64,000 bases of DNA. It comes from Acidobacteriota bacterium (lineage in GTDB: Bacteria; Acidobacteriota; CAIWXX01). Below are positions 49,512 to 58,731 of this stretch, in pieces (the first letter of the stretch is position 1; each line of letters begins with the position of its first letter). The notes under the pieces are model-generated. The model did not search any database. It was not told the DNA's origin and saw only the letters and a list, made by a program, of their open reading frames with translations. A program made the translations under genes and the position numbers. The stretch lies in assembly GCA_040755995.1 (NCBI GenBank), contig JBFMAF010000026.1, forward strand, positions 108,889-172,888, read 5' to 3'.

Positions 49512-49989
49512 GGTCAGCGAGATCGCAATGCGGCATGGGAGGAGGCGGGAGCACATCATTGCTATCCTGCTGGATTGCCAGGAGGAGTTCCTGCACTTGC
49601 CCAGGCAGGTAATCGAAACGGTGGCCAAGGACGTCGGCGCTCCTGTTTCGACCGTCCTCGGCATCGCCACGTTCTTCAGGGCTTTCAGCCTCAAGCCGGT
49701 GGGGCGCTACCCGATTCATGTTTGCATGGGCACGGCCTGCCACGTGCAGGGCGCTCCGAGGCTGTTGGAGGCGCTGGAGAGGGAGATTGGCGTGAAGAGG
49801 GGCGAGACCACGTCGGACATGGCATTCAACCTCGACACCGTCAACTGCCTCGGCTGCTGCGGTCTGGCTCCAGTGATCAACGTCGGCAAGGATGTTCACG
49901 GCAAGCTCAAGCAGTCGGCCATACCACGTCTCGTCAAGACGTATCGGGCCAAGTTTGCCAGGGAGGCGGAGGTGAAGGGCCATGCCTAA
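49492..49989 (+). CDS. HydC/NuoE-like [2Fe-2S] subunit
   Basis: CMGTAC...CLGCC. Confidence 0.92.
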   Translation: MNIETGRVSEIAMRHGRRREHIIAILLDCQEEFLHLPRQVIETVAKDVGAPVSTVLGIATFFRAFSLKPVGRYPIHVCMGTACHVQGAPRLLEALEREIGVKRGETTSDMAFNLDTVNCLGCCGLAPVINVGKDVHGKLKQSAIPRLVKTYRAKFAREAEVKGHA

Positions 49990-50365
49990 ACTCACGATCG
50001 AGGATCTGAAGAGGATCAGCGAGCAGGCCAAAGCCACGATGACACTCCGCTCGGGCACCGCCCGCGCAAAGGTGACCGTCCACATGGGAACGTGCGGGAT
50101 CTCGGCAGGAGCGCGCGAGGTGATGGCGGCGCTGTTGAAGGAGATCGAGACGGGCGGAGTGACCGATGTACTGGTAGGCACTTCGGGTTGTGCAGGGTTA
50201 TGCAGTCGCGAACCGATGGCGACTGTCGAGATCCGGGGCCAGCCGCCGGTGAAGTACGTGGACCTCTCGCCTGAGAAGATGGGCCAGGTATTCCGGAAAC
50301 ACGTCATGGGCGGGACGATCTTGATGGAGTACGCGCTGGCAGCGGGGAGCGAAACGACCGGTTGA
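49982..50365 (+). CDS. HydD-like thioredoxin-fold ferredoxin
   Basis: MGTCGISAG...GCAGLC..EP. Confidence 0.88.
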   Translation: MPKLTIEDLKRISEQAKATMTLRSGTARAKVTVHMGTCGISAGAREVMAALLKEIETGGVTDVLVGTSGCAGLCSREPMATVEIRGQPPVKYVDLSPEKMGQVFRKHVMGGTILMEYALAAGSETTG

Positions 50366-50384
50366 CGGCCGGGGAGGAGTGCAT

Positions 50385-52208
50385 ATGGCATACCGTACAC
50401 ACGTTCTGATTTGTGGCGGAACGGGATGCGTCTCGAGCGGCTCGTTCGAATTGCGCGGCGTCTTCACGGCCGAACTGCAGAAACAGGGTCTCGCCAAGGA
50501 AGTGCAGGTCATCATCACGGGGTGCCAGGGATTCTGCGCCGAGGGGCCGATCATGATCGTGCAACCGGACGGGGTCTTCTATTGCGGCGTCCAGAAGAAG
50601 GACATACCCAACCTGGTCACCGAACACCTGCTGAAAGGCCGGCCGGTGAAGAAGCTGATGTATACGCCGCCGGTCGAGAAGGTGCCGATCCCGGCGCTCA
50701 AGGACATCCCGTTCTTCGCGAAGCAACGGCTGGTGGTCTTGCGCAACCGCGGGTTGATCGATCCGGAGCGGATTGACGACTACATCGCCGTAGGCGGCTA
50801 CACCGCCCTGGTCAAGGCGCTTACGGAGATGACGCCGGAAGATATCATTTCCGAGATCAAGAGGTCTGGTCTGAGAGGCCGCGGTGGAGGCGGATTCCCG
50901 GCGGGCATCAAATGGGAAACATGCCGGCGCGCGGCGCAGAAGCGCGGGGTAGCGCCGGTGGTGGTCTGCAACGCCGATGAGGGCGATCCCGGCGCCTTCA
51001 TGGACCGCAGCATCATCGAATGCGACCCGCATTCGGTGGTGGAGGGGATGATCATCGGCGCATCCGCCATCGGCTGCAGTGAAGGGTTCGTCTACATCCG
51101 CCACGAGTACCCCATCGCGCGCGAGCGGTTGCTGAAGGCGCTGGAACAGGCCCGCGACTACGGGCTGCTGGGCAACGACATCCTGGGCACGGGACTGAAC
51201 TTCGACATCGAAATCGTCCAGGGGGCCGGCGCCTTCGTCTGCGGAGAGTCCACTGCGCTCATGGCGTCGCTCGAGGGCAAGATCGGCGAGCCGAGGGCCA
51301 AGTACATCCATACGGTGGAGTACGGTTACAAGAACCAGCCCACGAATCTCAACAACGTGGAGACCTGGGCGAATGTGCCCTTGATCGTGAATCGCGGGGC
51401 GGGCTGGTTCTCGTCGATGGGGACCGGGGACGTGGCTGAGAATCCGTGGGGCGGGAGCAGCGGGACGAAGGTGTTCTCGCTGGTCGGCAAGGTCAACAAC
51501 ACCGGGTTGATAGAAGTCCCCATGGGGATCTCATTGCGCGAGATCATCTTCGATATCGGCGGAGGCATTCCGGGAGGCAGGGAGTTCAAGGCTGTGCAGA
51601 CGGGTGGTCCCTCCGGCGGCTGCCTCCCGAGCTCGCTGCTGGACATGCCCGTCGATTTCGACAGCCTCACCGAAGCGGGCTCCATGATGGGCTCCGGCGG
51701 CATGATCGTGATGGATGACCACACGTGCATGGTGGATGTCGCGAGGTACTTCATCAACTTCCTCACGGAGGAATCCTGCGGCAAGTGCATACCCTGTCGC
51801 GAGGGACTGCGGCATTCCCTTCGGATACTCAACAACATCAGCGACGGAAACGGGCGGCCGGAAGACGTGGATCTCTTGCAGGAAATGGGCGAGGTGATGC
51901 AGGACAGCTGCCTGTGCGCGCTGGGCACTTCGGCTCCAAACCCCGTCCTCTCCACCCTCCGCTACTTCAAGGGCGAGTACGAAGCGCACATCAAGGACCA
52001 CAGGTGTCCGGGGGGCGTCTGCAAGGCGCTGGTTGAATACTCGATCGATCAGCAGTTGTGCGACGGCTGCCACGCCTGCGTGCCTGCCTGTTCGACGCAG
52101 GCGATCACCGGCAAGGTCAAAGAGAAGCACACTCTGGACAAGACGAAGTGCATCAAGTGCGGCGCCTGTATTGAGGTTTGCAAGCGCGAAGCCGTACTGC
52201 GGGTCTAG
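50385..52208 (+). CDS. HydB/NuoF-like FMN/NAD subunit, bifurcating-type architecture
   Basis: N-terminal 2Fe-2S, RGRGGGGFP, EGDPGAFMDR, GGPSGG, CGKCIPCREG, HRCPGGVC, C-terminal 2x[4Fe-4S]. Confidence 0.93.
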   Translation: MAYRTHVLICGGTGCVSSGSFELRGVFTAELQKQGLAKEVQVIITGCQGFCAEGPIMIVQPDGVFYCGVQKKDIPNLVTEHLLKGRPVKKLMYTPPVEKVPIPALKDIPFFAKQRLVVLRNRGLIDPERIDDYIAVGGYTALVKALTEMTPEDIISEIKRSGLRGRGGGGFPAGIKWETCRRAAQKRGVAPVVVCNADEGDPGAFMDRSIIECDPHSVVEGMIIGASAIGCSEGFVYIRHEYPIARERLLKALEQARDYGLLGNDILGTGLNFDIEIVQGAGAFVCGESTALMASLEGKIGEPRAKYIHTVEYGYKNQPTNLNNVETWANVPLIVNRGAGWFSSMGTGDVAENPWGGSSGTKVFSLVGKVNNTGLIEVPMGISLREIIFDIGGGIPGGREFKAVQTGGPSGGCLPSSLLDMPVDFDSLTEAGSMMGSGGMIVMDDHTCMVDVARYFINFLTEESCGKCIPCREGLRHSLRILNNISDGNGRPEDVDLLQEMGEVMQDSCLCALGTSAPNPVLSTLRYFKGEYEAHIKDHRCPGGVCKALVEYSIDQQLCDGCHACVPACSTQAITGKVKEKHTLDKTKCIKCGACIEVCKREAVLRV

Positions 52209-52228
52209 GGCTCACGGAGGAGTTGGCC

Positions 52229-53977
52229 ATGAAAGTAGTGAAGCTGAAAGTCGATGGCGTCGAGACTGAAGCCGAAGACCGAACATCGCTTCTGACGGTT
52301 ACCAAGAAGCTCGGCATCAAGGTCCCGACCTTGTGCTACCACCCGATCATCGAGCCTGCAGGCGTCTGCCGGATCTGCACGGTGGAGGTTCGGATGCGCA
52401 ATCGGGTCCGATTGGTGACAGCGTGCAACTACCCCGTGAGCGAAGGGATCGAGGTGTTGACGAATTCCGAGCGTGTCCGCCGGACCCGCAGGCTGATCAT
52501 TGAATGGCTGCTTTCCCGCTGCGGGAACGTCAAGGTGTTGAACGATCTTGCGGCCGAATATGGGATCACGGAGCCGAGGTTCGGACGGGGCGATGAGGAC
52601 TGCATCCTGTGCGGCCTCTGCGTGCGCGTCTGTTCGGATGTCGTCGGCAGGCACGTCCTGGGCTTCTTCAACCGCGGCACTACTCGCGAAGTCAACACAC
52701 CGTACGGCGAGACTAGCGAGGAGTGCATTGCGTGCGGGGCCTGCGCATACGTCTGCCCGACCGGATGCATCACGATCCAGGATGAGGAGAAGCTGGTGCG
52801 GCAGGAGCTGCCGATGGGCCCGATCACTCCAATATCCATCCCATTCATGCAGGCGGTCCCCGCAGTGCCCGTCATCGACAAGGCGAGCTGCGTCTACTTC
52901 AAGACCGGTGGATGCCAGGTGTGCAAGTCGGTTTGCGAGAAACAGGCCATCGAACACACCGCTGATGACAAGCTTGTCGAATTCGAAGTCGGCAGCATCA
53001 TCGCCGCCACCGGTTTCCAGTCAATGGATCCGACCAGACTCTCACAGTACGGATACGGCCGGCTTGGAAACGTGTTCACGGCGCTGGAATTCGAGAAGCT
53101 GAACAACGCGTCGGGGCCGACTGGCGGAAGGATCCTGATGGCCGACGGCAGGGCTCCGGAGAGCGTGGCGCTGCTGCACTGCGTCGGCAGCCGCGACAAG
53201 AACTACCACGAATACTGTTCGCGCGTCTGCTGCATGATGGCCCTCAAGTATGCCCACCTCATTCACGAGAAAACCGGGGCGGCCGTCTACGATTTCTTCA
53301 TCGATCTCCGCTGCTTCGGCAAGGGCTACGAGGAGTTCTACAACCGGCTGCTCGAAGAGGGGGTCTTCTTCATCCGGGGTCGAGCCGGTGAGGTTTCTGA
53401 CTTCGCGATCTATGAAGAAGAGCGGGGGAAGCTCATCGTTCGGTGCGAAGACACGCTCATCGGCGTCGTGCGGCGGATCCCGGTGGACATGGTCGTCCTC
53501 ATGACCGCTCTGGAACCGGCGAATGACGCCAACAATGTTGCGAGGCTGCTGAACATCTCGTGCAGCAAAGACAGTTTCTTCCTGGAACAGCATCCGAAAC
53601 TGGCGCCCGTGGCCACACCGACCGACGGCGTGTTCATCGCCGGAGCCTGCCAGGGTCCTAAGGACATCCCGGACGCGGTCGCGCAAGCCTCCGCCGCCGC
53701 CTCGGCGGCCATCTCGCTGTCCGTCCGTGGAAGAGTCGAGATCGAACCGGTTACCTGTGTGGTGGATGGCGAGCGGTGCGCTGCATGCCGTATATGCAAC
53801 ACGCTCTGCCCGTTCACAGCCATCAGCTTCGACATCGAGAAAGATGCGTCCGTCATCAACGACGCGCTGTGCAAGGGGTGCGGCACCTGCGCGGCGGCCT
53901 GCCCGAGCAGCGCAATCACCGCGCGGCATTTCAACGACCGGCAGCTGCTCAACGAAATCGCGGGGGTGTGTGCATGA
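52229..53977 (+). CDS. hdrA: Fusion of HydA/NuoG-type N-terminal FeS module and HdrA C-terminal half
   Basis: PTLC, CRIC, TAC; CILCGLC, CIACGAC; then IPFMQAVP, AATG, LEFE, CVGSRD, YCSRVCCM, GACQGPKDI, 2x[4Fe-4S]. Confidence 0.9.
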   Translation: MKVVKLKVDGVETEAEDRTSLLTVTKKLGIKVPTLCYHPIIEPAGVCRICTVEVRMRNRVRLVTACNYPVSEGIEVLTNSERVRRTRRLIIEWLLSRCGNVKVLNDLAAEYGITEPRFGRGDEDCILCGLCVRVCSDVVGRHVLGFFNRGTTREVNTPYGETSEECIACGACAYVCPTGCITIQDEEKLVRQELPMGPITPISIPFMQAVPAVPVIDKASCVYFKTGGCQVCKSVCEKQAIEHTADDKLVEFEVGSIIAATGFQSMDPTRLSQYGYGRLGNVFTALEFEKLNNASGPTGGRILMADGRAPESVALLHCVGSRDKNYHEYCSRVCCMMALKYAHLIHEKTGAAVYDFFIDLRCFGKGYEEFYNRLLEEGVFFIRGRAGEVSDFAIYEEERGKLIVRCEDTLIGVVRRIPVDMVVLMTALEPANDANNVARLLNISCSKDSFFLEQHPKLAPVATPTDGVFIAGACQGPKDIPDAVAQASAAASAAISLSVRGRVEIEPVTCVVDGERCAACRICNTLCPFTAISFDIEKDASVINDALCKGCGTCAAACPSSAITARHFNDRQLLNEIAGVCA

Positions 53978-54402
53978 GCTTCGAACCGAAGATCGTGGGA
54001 ATCCTGTGCAACTGGTGCTCCTACACCGGCGCAGACCTGGCGGGCACCGCCAGGATCCAGTACGCGCCCAACGTTCGAGTGGTCCGCGTGATGTGTTCCG
54101 GCCGCGTCGACCCGTCCTTCGTGCTGAAGGCGCTCCAGTGCGGCGCCGACGGGGTCCTGATCGCCGGCTGCCACCTTGGCGACTGCCACTATCAGTCGGG
54201 CAACTACAAGACGATGCGCCGCTTCGCGCTGATGAAGCGCGTGCTCGCTCAGCTGGGCGTCGAGCCCGACAGGGTGCGGCTGGAATGGGTCAGCGCATCG
54301 GAAGGTGAGCGCTGGGCGGCGGTCGTCAACGACATGACCGAGAAGGTGCGCGCCCTGGGCCCATTCACCTCGGGCGACGGCAACAACGCGTTGGGGGCCT
54401 GA
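53974..54402 (+). CDS. mvhD: MvhD [2Fe-2S] subunit
   Basis: CNWCSY, MCSGRV, GCHLGDCHY, WVSASEG. Confidence 0.95.
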   Translation: MSFEPKIVGILCNWCSYTGADLAGTARIQYAPNVRVVRVMCSGRVDPSFVLKALQCGADGVLIAGCHLGDCHYQSGNYKTMRRFALMKRVLAQLGVEPDRVRLEWVSASEGERWAAVVNDMTEKVRALGPFTSGDGNNALGA

Positions 54403-54426
54403 CCCGATGGACGGCACGAGCACCGC

Positions 54427-54475
54427 GAACCGTGAACCAGGAACCGGGAACCTTGAACCGGGAACCTTGAACCGA
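54427..54475 (+). repeat. Heptamer tandem repeat GAACCNN x7
   Basis: GAACCGT GAACCAG GAACCGG GAACCTT GAACCGG GAACCTT GAACCGA. Confidence 0.85.
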
Positions 54476-54498
54476 TGTAGAGGCAGGGAGGTGTTCCC

Positions 54499-55467
54499 AT
54501 GGGCAAACTGAAACTCGCGCTTTACTGGGCCGGAGCCTGCGGAGGCTGCGACGTCTCCGTGCTGGACACCAACGAGCGAATTCTAAAGATCGCCGAGCTG
54601 GCCGATCTGTTGCTCTGGCCGATCGCCCTGGACTTCAAGTATCACCACATCGAAGCGCTCCCCGACGAGCACATCGACGTCTGCCTTTTCAACGGAGCAA
54701 TTCGCAATTCGGAGAACGAACACCTCGCGAAGCTGCTGCGGCAGAAGTCGAAGGTGATGGTCGCGTACGGATCGTGCGCGCACCTGGGCGGCATCCCCGG
54801 GCTGGCGAATTTCTCCACGCGGAGAGACATCCTCCATCACGTCTACATGGACAGCGCCTCGACTGTGAATCCCGGGGGCACAGTTCCACTGGAGAAGACC
54901 GCCCTTCCCATCGGGGACCTCGAGCTGCCGAAGTTCCACTATGAGGTGCACTCCCTCGACCAGGTCGTTCCCGTCGACTACTACCTTCCCGGCTGCCCGC
55001 CCGCTGTGGACCAGGTCTGGGCGGCGATCGAGGCCATTGCCACGGACAAGTTGCCCGCGGCGGGATCGGTGGTGGGCGCTGACCAGGTGGCGCTTTGCGA
55101 CAAATGCACGAGAAAGAAGTCCGAGAAGCGGATAAAAGAGTTCAAATCGATCGCCCAGGTGATTCCGGACCCGGAGATCTGCTTCCTCGAACAGGGCATC
55201 GTCTGCTGCGGTCCCGCGACTCGAGCGGGATGCGGCGCCCCCTGCATCAATGCCAACATGCCGTGTCGCGGCTGCTACGGCCCGGCACCGGACGTGCCGG
55301 ACATGGGCGGAAAGCTGCTGTCGGCGATCGCGTCGGTGATCGATTCGGATGATCCGGCTGAGATCGACCGCATCGTGGCTCAGATCGAGGACCCGGCGGG
55401 GACGTTCTACCGGTTCAGCCTGCCGAGCTCGCTCCTCTCCGGCACGCAACAGAAGGAGGCCGCATGA
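54499..55467 (+). CDS. mvhG: [NiFe] hydrogenase small subunit (group 3c type)
   Basis: CGGC, GSCA, PGCPP, CFLEQG..C.GP.T.AGC, CRGC. Confidence 0.92.
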   Translation: MGKLKLALYWAGACGGCDVSVLDTNERILKIAELADLLLWPIALDFKYHHIEALPDEHIDVCLFNGAIRNSENEHLAKLLRQKSKVMVAYGSCAHLGGIPGLANFSTRRDILHHVYMDSASTVNPGGTVPLEKTALPIGDLELPKFHYEVHSLDQVVPVDYYLPGCPPAVDQVWAAIEAIATDKLPAAGSVVGADQVALCDKCTRKKSEKRIKEFKSIAQVIPDPEICFLEQGIVCCGPATRAGCGAPCINANMPCRGCYGPAPDVPDMGGKLLSAIASVIDSDDPAEIDRIVAQIEDPAGTFYRFSLPSSLLSGTQQKEAA

Positions 55468-56924
55468 AACGCATCACGATCGATCCCATCACACGCCTCG
55501 AGGGGCACGGCAAGATCGAGATCTTCCTGGACGATACCGGAGAGGTCGCGGATGTGTACTTCCAGGTGCCCGAGCTGCGCGGATTCGAGAAGTTCTGCCA
55601 GGGACGGCCCGTGTGGGAATTGGCTTCGATTGTTCCCAAGATCTGCGGCGTCTGCCCGGGGGCTCATCACCTGGCCGCGGGCAAGGCGATCGATGCCGTT
55701 TACAAAGTGGATCCGCCGCCCGCGGCGAAGAAGCTGCGGGAGCTCTTCTACTCTGCCCACTACGTGCACAGCCACATTGCGCACTTCTACGCCCTGGCGG
55801 CGCCCGACTTCGTCGTCGGCCCGACGGCCGATCCCGCTCAGCGCAACATCCTCGGCGTTGTGGCGAAAGTCGGGCTCGAGCTCGGTGGCGCCGTGATCGC
55901 CCACCGCAAGATGGCCCAGGAGATTCAAGCCACGCTGGCCGGCCATCAGACCCACACGCGATGGTGCGTCCCAGGCGGAGTGAGCAGGGGAATAACCGAA
56001 GCGCAACGCCTCGAAGTCGTCGAAAAAGCGATCTCGTGTCTCGAGTTCGCCAAGACCTCGATAAAGATCTTTGACGACGTCGTCCTGAAGAACAAGGAGT
56101 ACGTCGACCTGATCCTCTCCGATGCCTACTCGCTCACCACGCACTACATGGGACTGGTGGACGACAACAACAGGGTGAACTTCTACGACGGCAAGGTCCG
56201 AGTCGTCGACACGGCCGGAAAGGAGATCGTCAAGTACGCTCCCGCCGAGTACCTGAATCATGTCGGCGAGCACGTGGAAACCTGGTCATACTTGAAGTTC
56301 CCATTCCTGAAGGCGAAGGGCTGGAAGGGGTTGGTGGACGGGCAGGACTCCGGCGTCTACCGGGCTGCGCCGCTCGCGCGGCTCAATGCCGCCGACGGAA
56401 TGGCCACACCGCTCGCTCAGCAGGAGTACGACAAGTTCTTCCAGACACTCGGCGGCAAGCCGGTTCACGCTACGCTCGCTCAACACTGGGCTCGAATCGT
56501 CGAGCTTGCGTATGCCTCGGAGCGGCTGCTGGAACTGGCGAATGACCCGGAGGTGGCAAGTCCAAACGTCCGCTGCCTGCCACAGGCGACACCGCACGAG
56601 GGGGTCGGGATCGTCGAGGCGCCCAGAGGCACGCTGACCCATCACTACGTCACCGACGAGCGTGGAATGACGACGAACGTGAACCTGATCGTCGGCACCA
56701 CCAACAACCACGCTCCGATCTGCATGTCGATCAAGAAGGCGGCCAAAGGCCTGATCAAACGCGGGAAGGAGATCACGGAGGGGACGCTCAACATGATCGA
56801 GATGGCCTTCCGCGCATACGACCCGTGCTTCTCATGCGCCACGCACAGTCTGCCCGGCCGCCTGCCTTTCGAGGTTGTCGTGCGGGAGCCGGATGGCTCG
56901 ATTGCGCATGTCGCAAAGAGATAA
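55464..56924 (+). CDS. mvhA: [NiFe] hydrogenase large subunit (group 3c type)
   Basis: TRLEGH, ICGVC, EAPRG, RAYDPCFSCATH plus C-terminal extension. Confidence 0.95.
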   Translation: MKRITIDPITRLEGHGKIEIFLDDTGEVADVYFQVPELRGFEKFCQGRPVWELASIVPKICGVCPGAHHLAAGKAIDAVYKVDPPPAAKKLRELFYSAHYVHSHIAHFYALAAPDFVVGPTADPAQRNILGVVAKVGLELGGAVIAHRKMAQEIQATLAGHQTHTRWCVPGGVSRGITEAQRLEVVEKAISCLEFAKTSIKIFDDVVLKNKEYVDLILSDAYSLTTHYMGLVDDNNRVNFYDGKVRVVDTAGKEIVKYAPAEYLNHVGEHVETWSYLKFPFLKAKGWKGLVDGQDSGVYRAAPLARLNAADGMATPLAQQEYDKFFQTLGGKPVHATLAQHWARIVELAYASERLLELANDPEVASPNVRCLPQATPHEGVGIVEAPRGTLTHHYVTDERGMTTNVNLIVGTTNNHAPICMSIKKAAKGLIKRGKEITEGTLNMIEMAFRAYDPCFSCATHSLPGRLPFEVVVREPDGSIAHVAKR

Positions 56925-56937
56925 GCCGGACGCGACC

Positions 56938-57039
56938 CGGAGAATCGGAGAAACGGAGAACCGGGGAAACGGAGAACCGGCGAAGCGGGGAAACGGAGAA
57001 ATGGAGAACCCGGGAAACGGAGACGGGGAAACGGGGAAA
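56938..57039 (+). repeat. Octamer tandem repeat CGGRGAAN, about 13 units
   Basis: CGGAGAAT CGGAGAAA CGGAGAAC CGGGGAAA... right after mvhA. Confidence 0.85.
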
Positions 57040-57152
57040 CAGTGACAGGGCGAACGAACGCGGATGATGGCGTGCATCACGCGAGGGCGGTGTTGCCGGC
57101 GCCGGGCGGCACTGTCAACTGCCGACCGGCAACTGACAACTGCTAGACTCCC

Positions 57153-57704
57153 ATGCAAGAGCGTGTACTGGTCCTGGGGCTTGGGAATCCGATACTGACG
57201 GATGATGCGGTCGGATTGCTGGTCGCGCGCGAGGTTCGGCAGCGGATCGGCTCAGGTGTCCACGTCGCCGAAGCGTCGGTCGCCGGTTTCGATCTGATCG
57301 AGGCGTTCTCGGGATACGATCGTGTGATCGTGATCGACTCGATCCGGACGCCCGGCGGCAGCCCCGGTGCAGTGTATCTCCTCGCTTCTGAGGACCTGCC
57401 AGCCACCGAACGCCTCACCGGGGCTCACGAGATCGACCTGGCTACGGCAATCGCCTTGGGGCGCAGGCTGGGCCTGCACATGCCGCACACGGTCCGCATC
57501 GTGGCCGTCGAGGTCCAGGACAACCGAACGTTCGGCGAATCGTGCACTCCGGAGGTCGCACGCTCGATCGACTCGGCTGTGGAGCTCGTCCTGGATGAGA
57601 TTCTCTTCAAGAGTCGTCGACTAATCCGCTCGCGGATCGAAACATGCAATCGGGGCGCCATATCAGCCCTGCAAAGAAGGGAGGTCGAAAGTGCCCGCCC
57701 CTGA
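57153..57704 (+). CDS. Hydrogenase maturation protease
   Basis: LGLGNPILTDDAVG, VIDS, AHE. Confidence 0.92.
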   Translation: MQERVLVLGLGNPILTDDAVGLLVAREVRQRIGSGVHVAEASVAGFDLIEAFSGYDRVIVIDSIRTPGGSPGAVYLLASEDLPATERLTGAHEIDLATAIALGRRLGLHMPHTVRIVAVEVQDNRTFGESCTPEVARSIDSAVELVLDEILFKSRRLIRSRIETCNRGAISALQRREVESARP

Positions 57705-58728
57705 ACACCTGAAGATCTTCGAAACAGCAGCCGAGGTGCTCAACTCTCCGGCGGAAGTGCCGGAGATGCTTCGGGCCATCTCGAACGCGATCGCCCGCGG
57801 CATGTCCATCAAAGGATGCCAGTTCTTCCTGCTGAGCCGGGACCAGCGGGTGCTGGAGCCGATTGCTTCATCAGGGTTGAGCGAGGCGTTCGCGAACCAG
57901 GAGTCGGTGGAGATGAATCGCATGCTGCGCGAGATCCTGCAAGGCCAGCCGGTCTCCGTGCGCGACTGCACTACCGATCCCCGTATCCATCGCTCGCTGG
58001 CCTATAGCGTCGAGGGCATCCGATCGACGCTCTGGATACCGTTGAAGAGCCGCGGGCAGGTCATCGGAGCGATGCAGCTGACGACCGCGGATGTGCACGA
58101 GTTTTCGGAAGAGGAGATCGAGGTCGCGCGCGTCGTCGCGGCCGTCTGCGCCAGTCTCATCCTGCGGTCGATGTTCCAGAGGATCGTGAGCGGCGTGTCT
58201 GACACAGTGCGTCATTCGTTGGACGTCGACGAGGTGCTCAAGCGGATCGTCCGCGTGATCACCGAGGACCTTCGCGCCAAAGGCTGCCTCATCCGGCTGA
58301 TCGACCCGGACACGAATCGTCTTGAGCTGCGCGCGGCCTACGGCCTCAGCGAAGCCTACCTGCAGAGCGGCCCGCGCGACGCCGCGAAAGCAACGGCGGA
58401 GGTGCTGGAGGGTAAGCCGGTGTTCTTCCTCGACGCCGGGCAGTATCTGCAGTACGCGGAAGATGCAAGACGCGAGGGCATCGCATCGCTGCTGAGCGTG
58501 CCGTTGATGATCCACGGCAAGTCAATCGGCGTGCTGCGAGTCTACACGTACAAGCCGTACGAGTTCTCGGAGGAGGAGATCCATCTGATGAAGATGGTGG
58601 CCGAGCAGTGCGCGTTGCTCATCAAGAACGCGCAGCTCTACAGCGGCATGAAAGAGCGGTACCAGCAGCTGATCGGCGATTTCCACGAGTGGTTCGACCG
58701 CTTCTACGGGCCGGGAGGTATGAGGTAG
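57691..58728 (+). CDS. Tandem GAF-domain protein
   Basis: Two repeats of GLSEA...EGIxSxLxxPL...IG...FSEEEI. Confidence 0.88.
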   Translation: MPAPEHLKIFETAAEVLNSPAEVPEMLRAISNAIARGMSIKGCQFFLLSRDQRVLEPIASSGLSEAFANQESVEMNRMLREILQGQPVSVRDCTTDPRIHRSLAYSVEGIRSTLWIPLKSRGQVIGAMQLTTADVHEFSEEEIEVARVVAAVCASLILRSMFQRIVSGVSDTVRHSLDVDEVLKRIVRVITEDLRAKGCLIRLIDPDTNRLELRAAYGLSEAYLQSGPRDAAKATAEVLEGKPVFFLDAGQYLQYAEDARREGIASLLSVPLMIHGKSIGVLRVYTYKPYEFSEEEIHLMKMVAEQCALLIKNAQLYSGMKERYQQLIGDFHEWFDRFYGPGGMR

Positions 58729-58731
58729 CCC

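Noticed and set aside
49492..52208. Respiratory complex I nuoEF
   Set aside because: Extra FeS domains and the hydD/hdr context indicate a soluble HydBC-type module
56938..57039. CRISPR array
   Set aside because: 8-bp tandem units with no unique spacers; no cas genes
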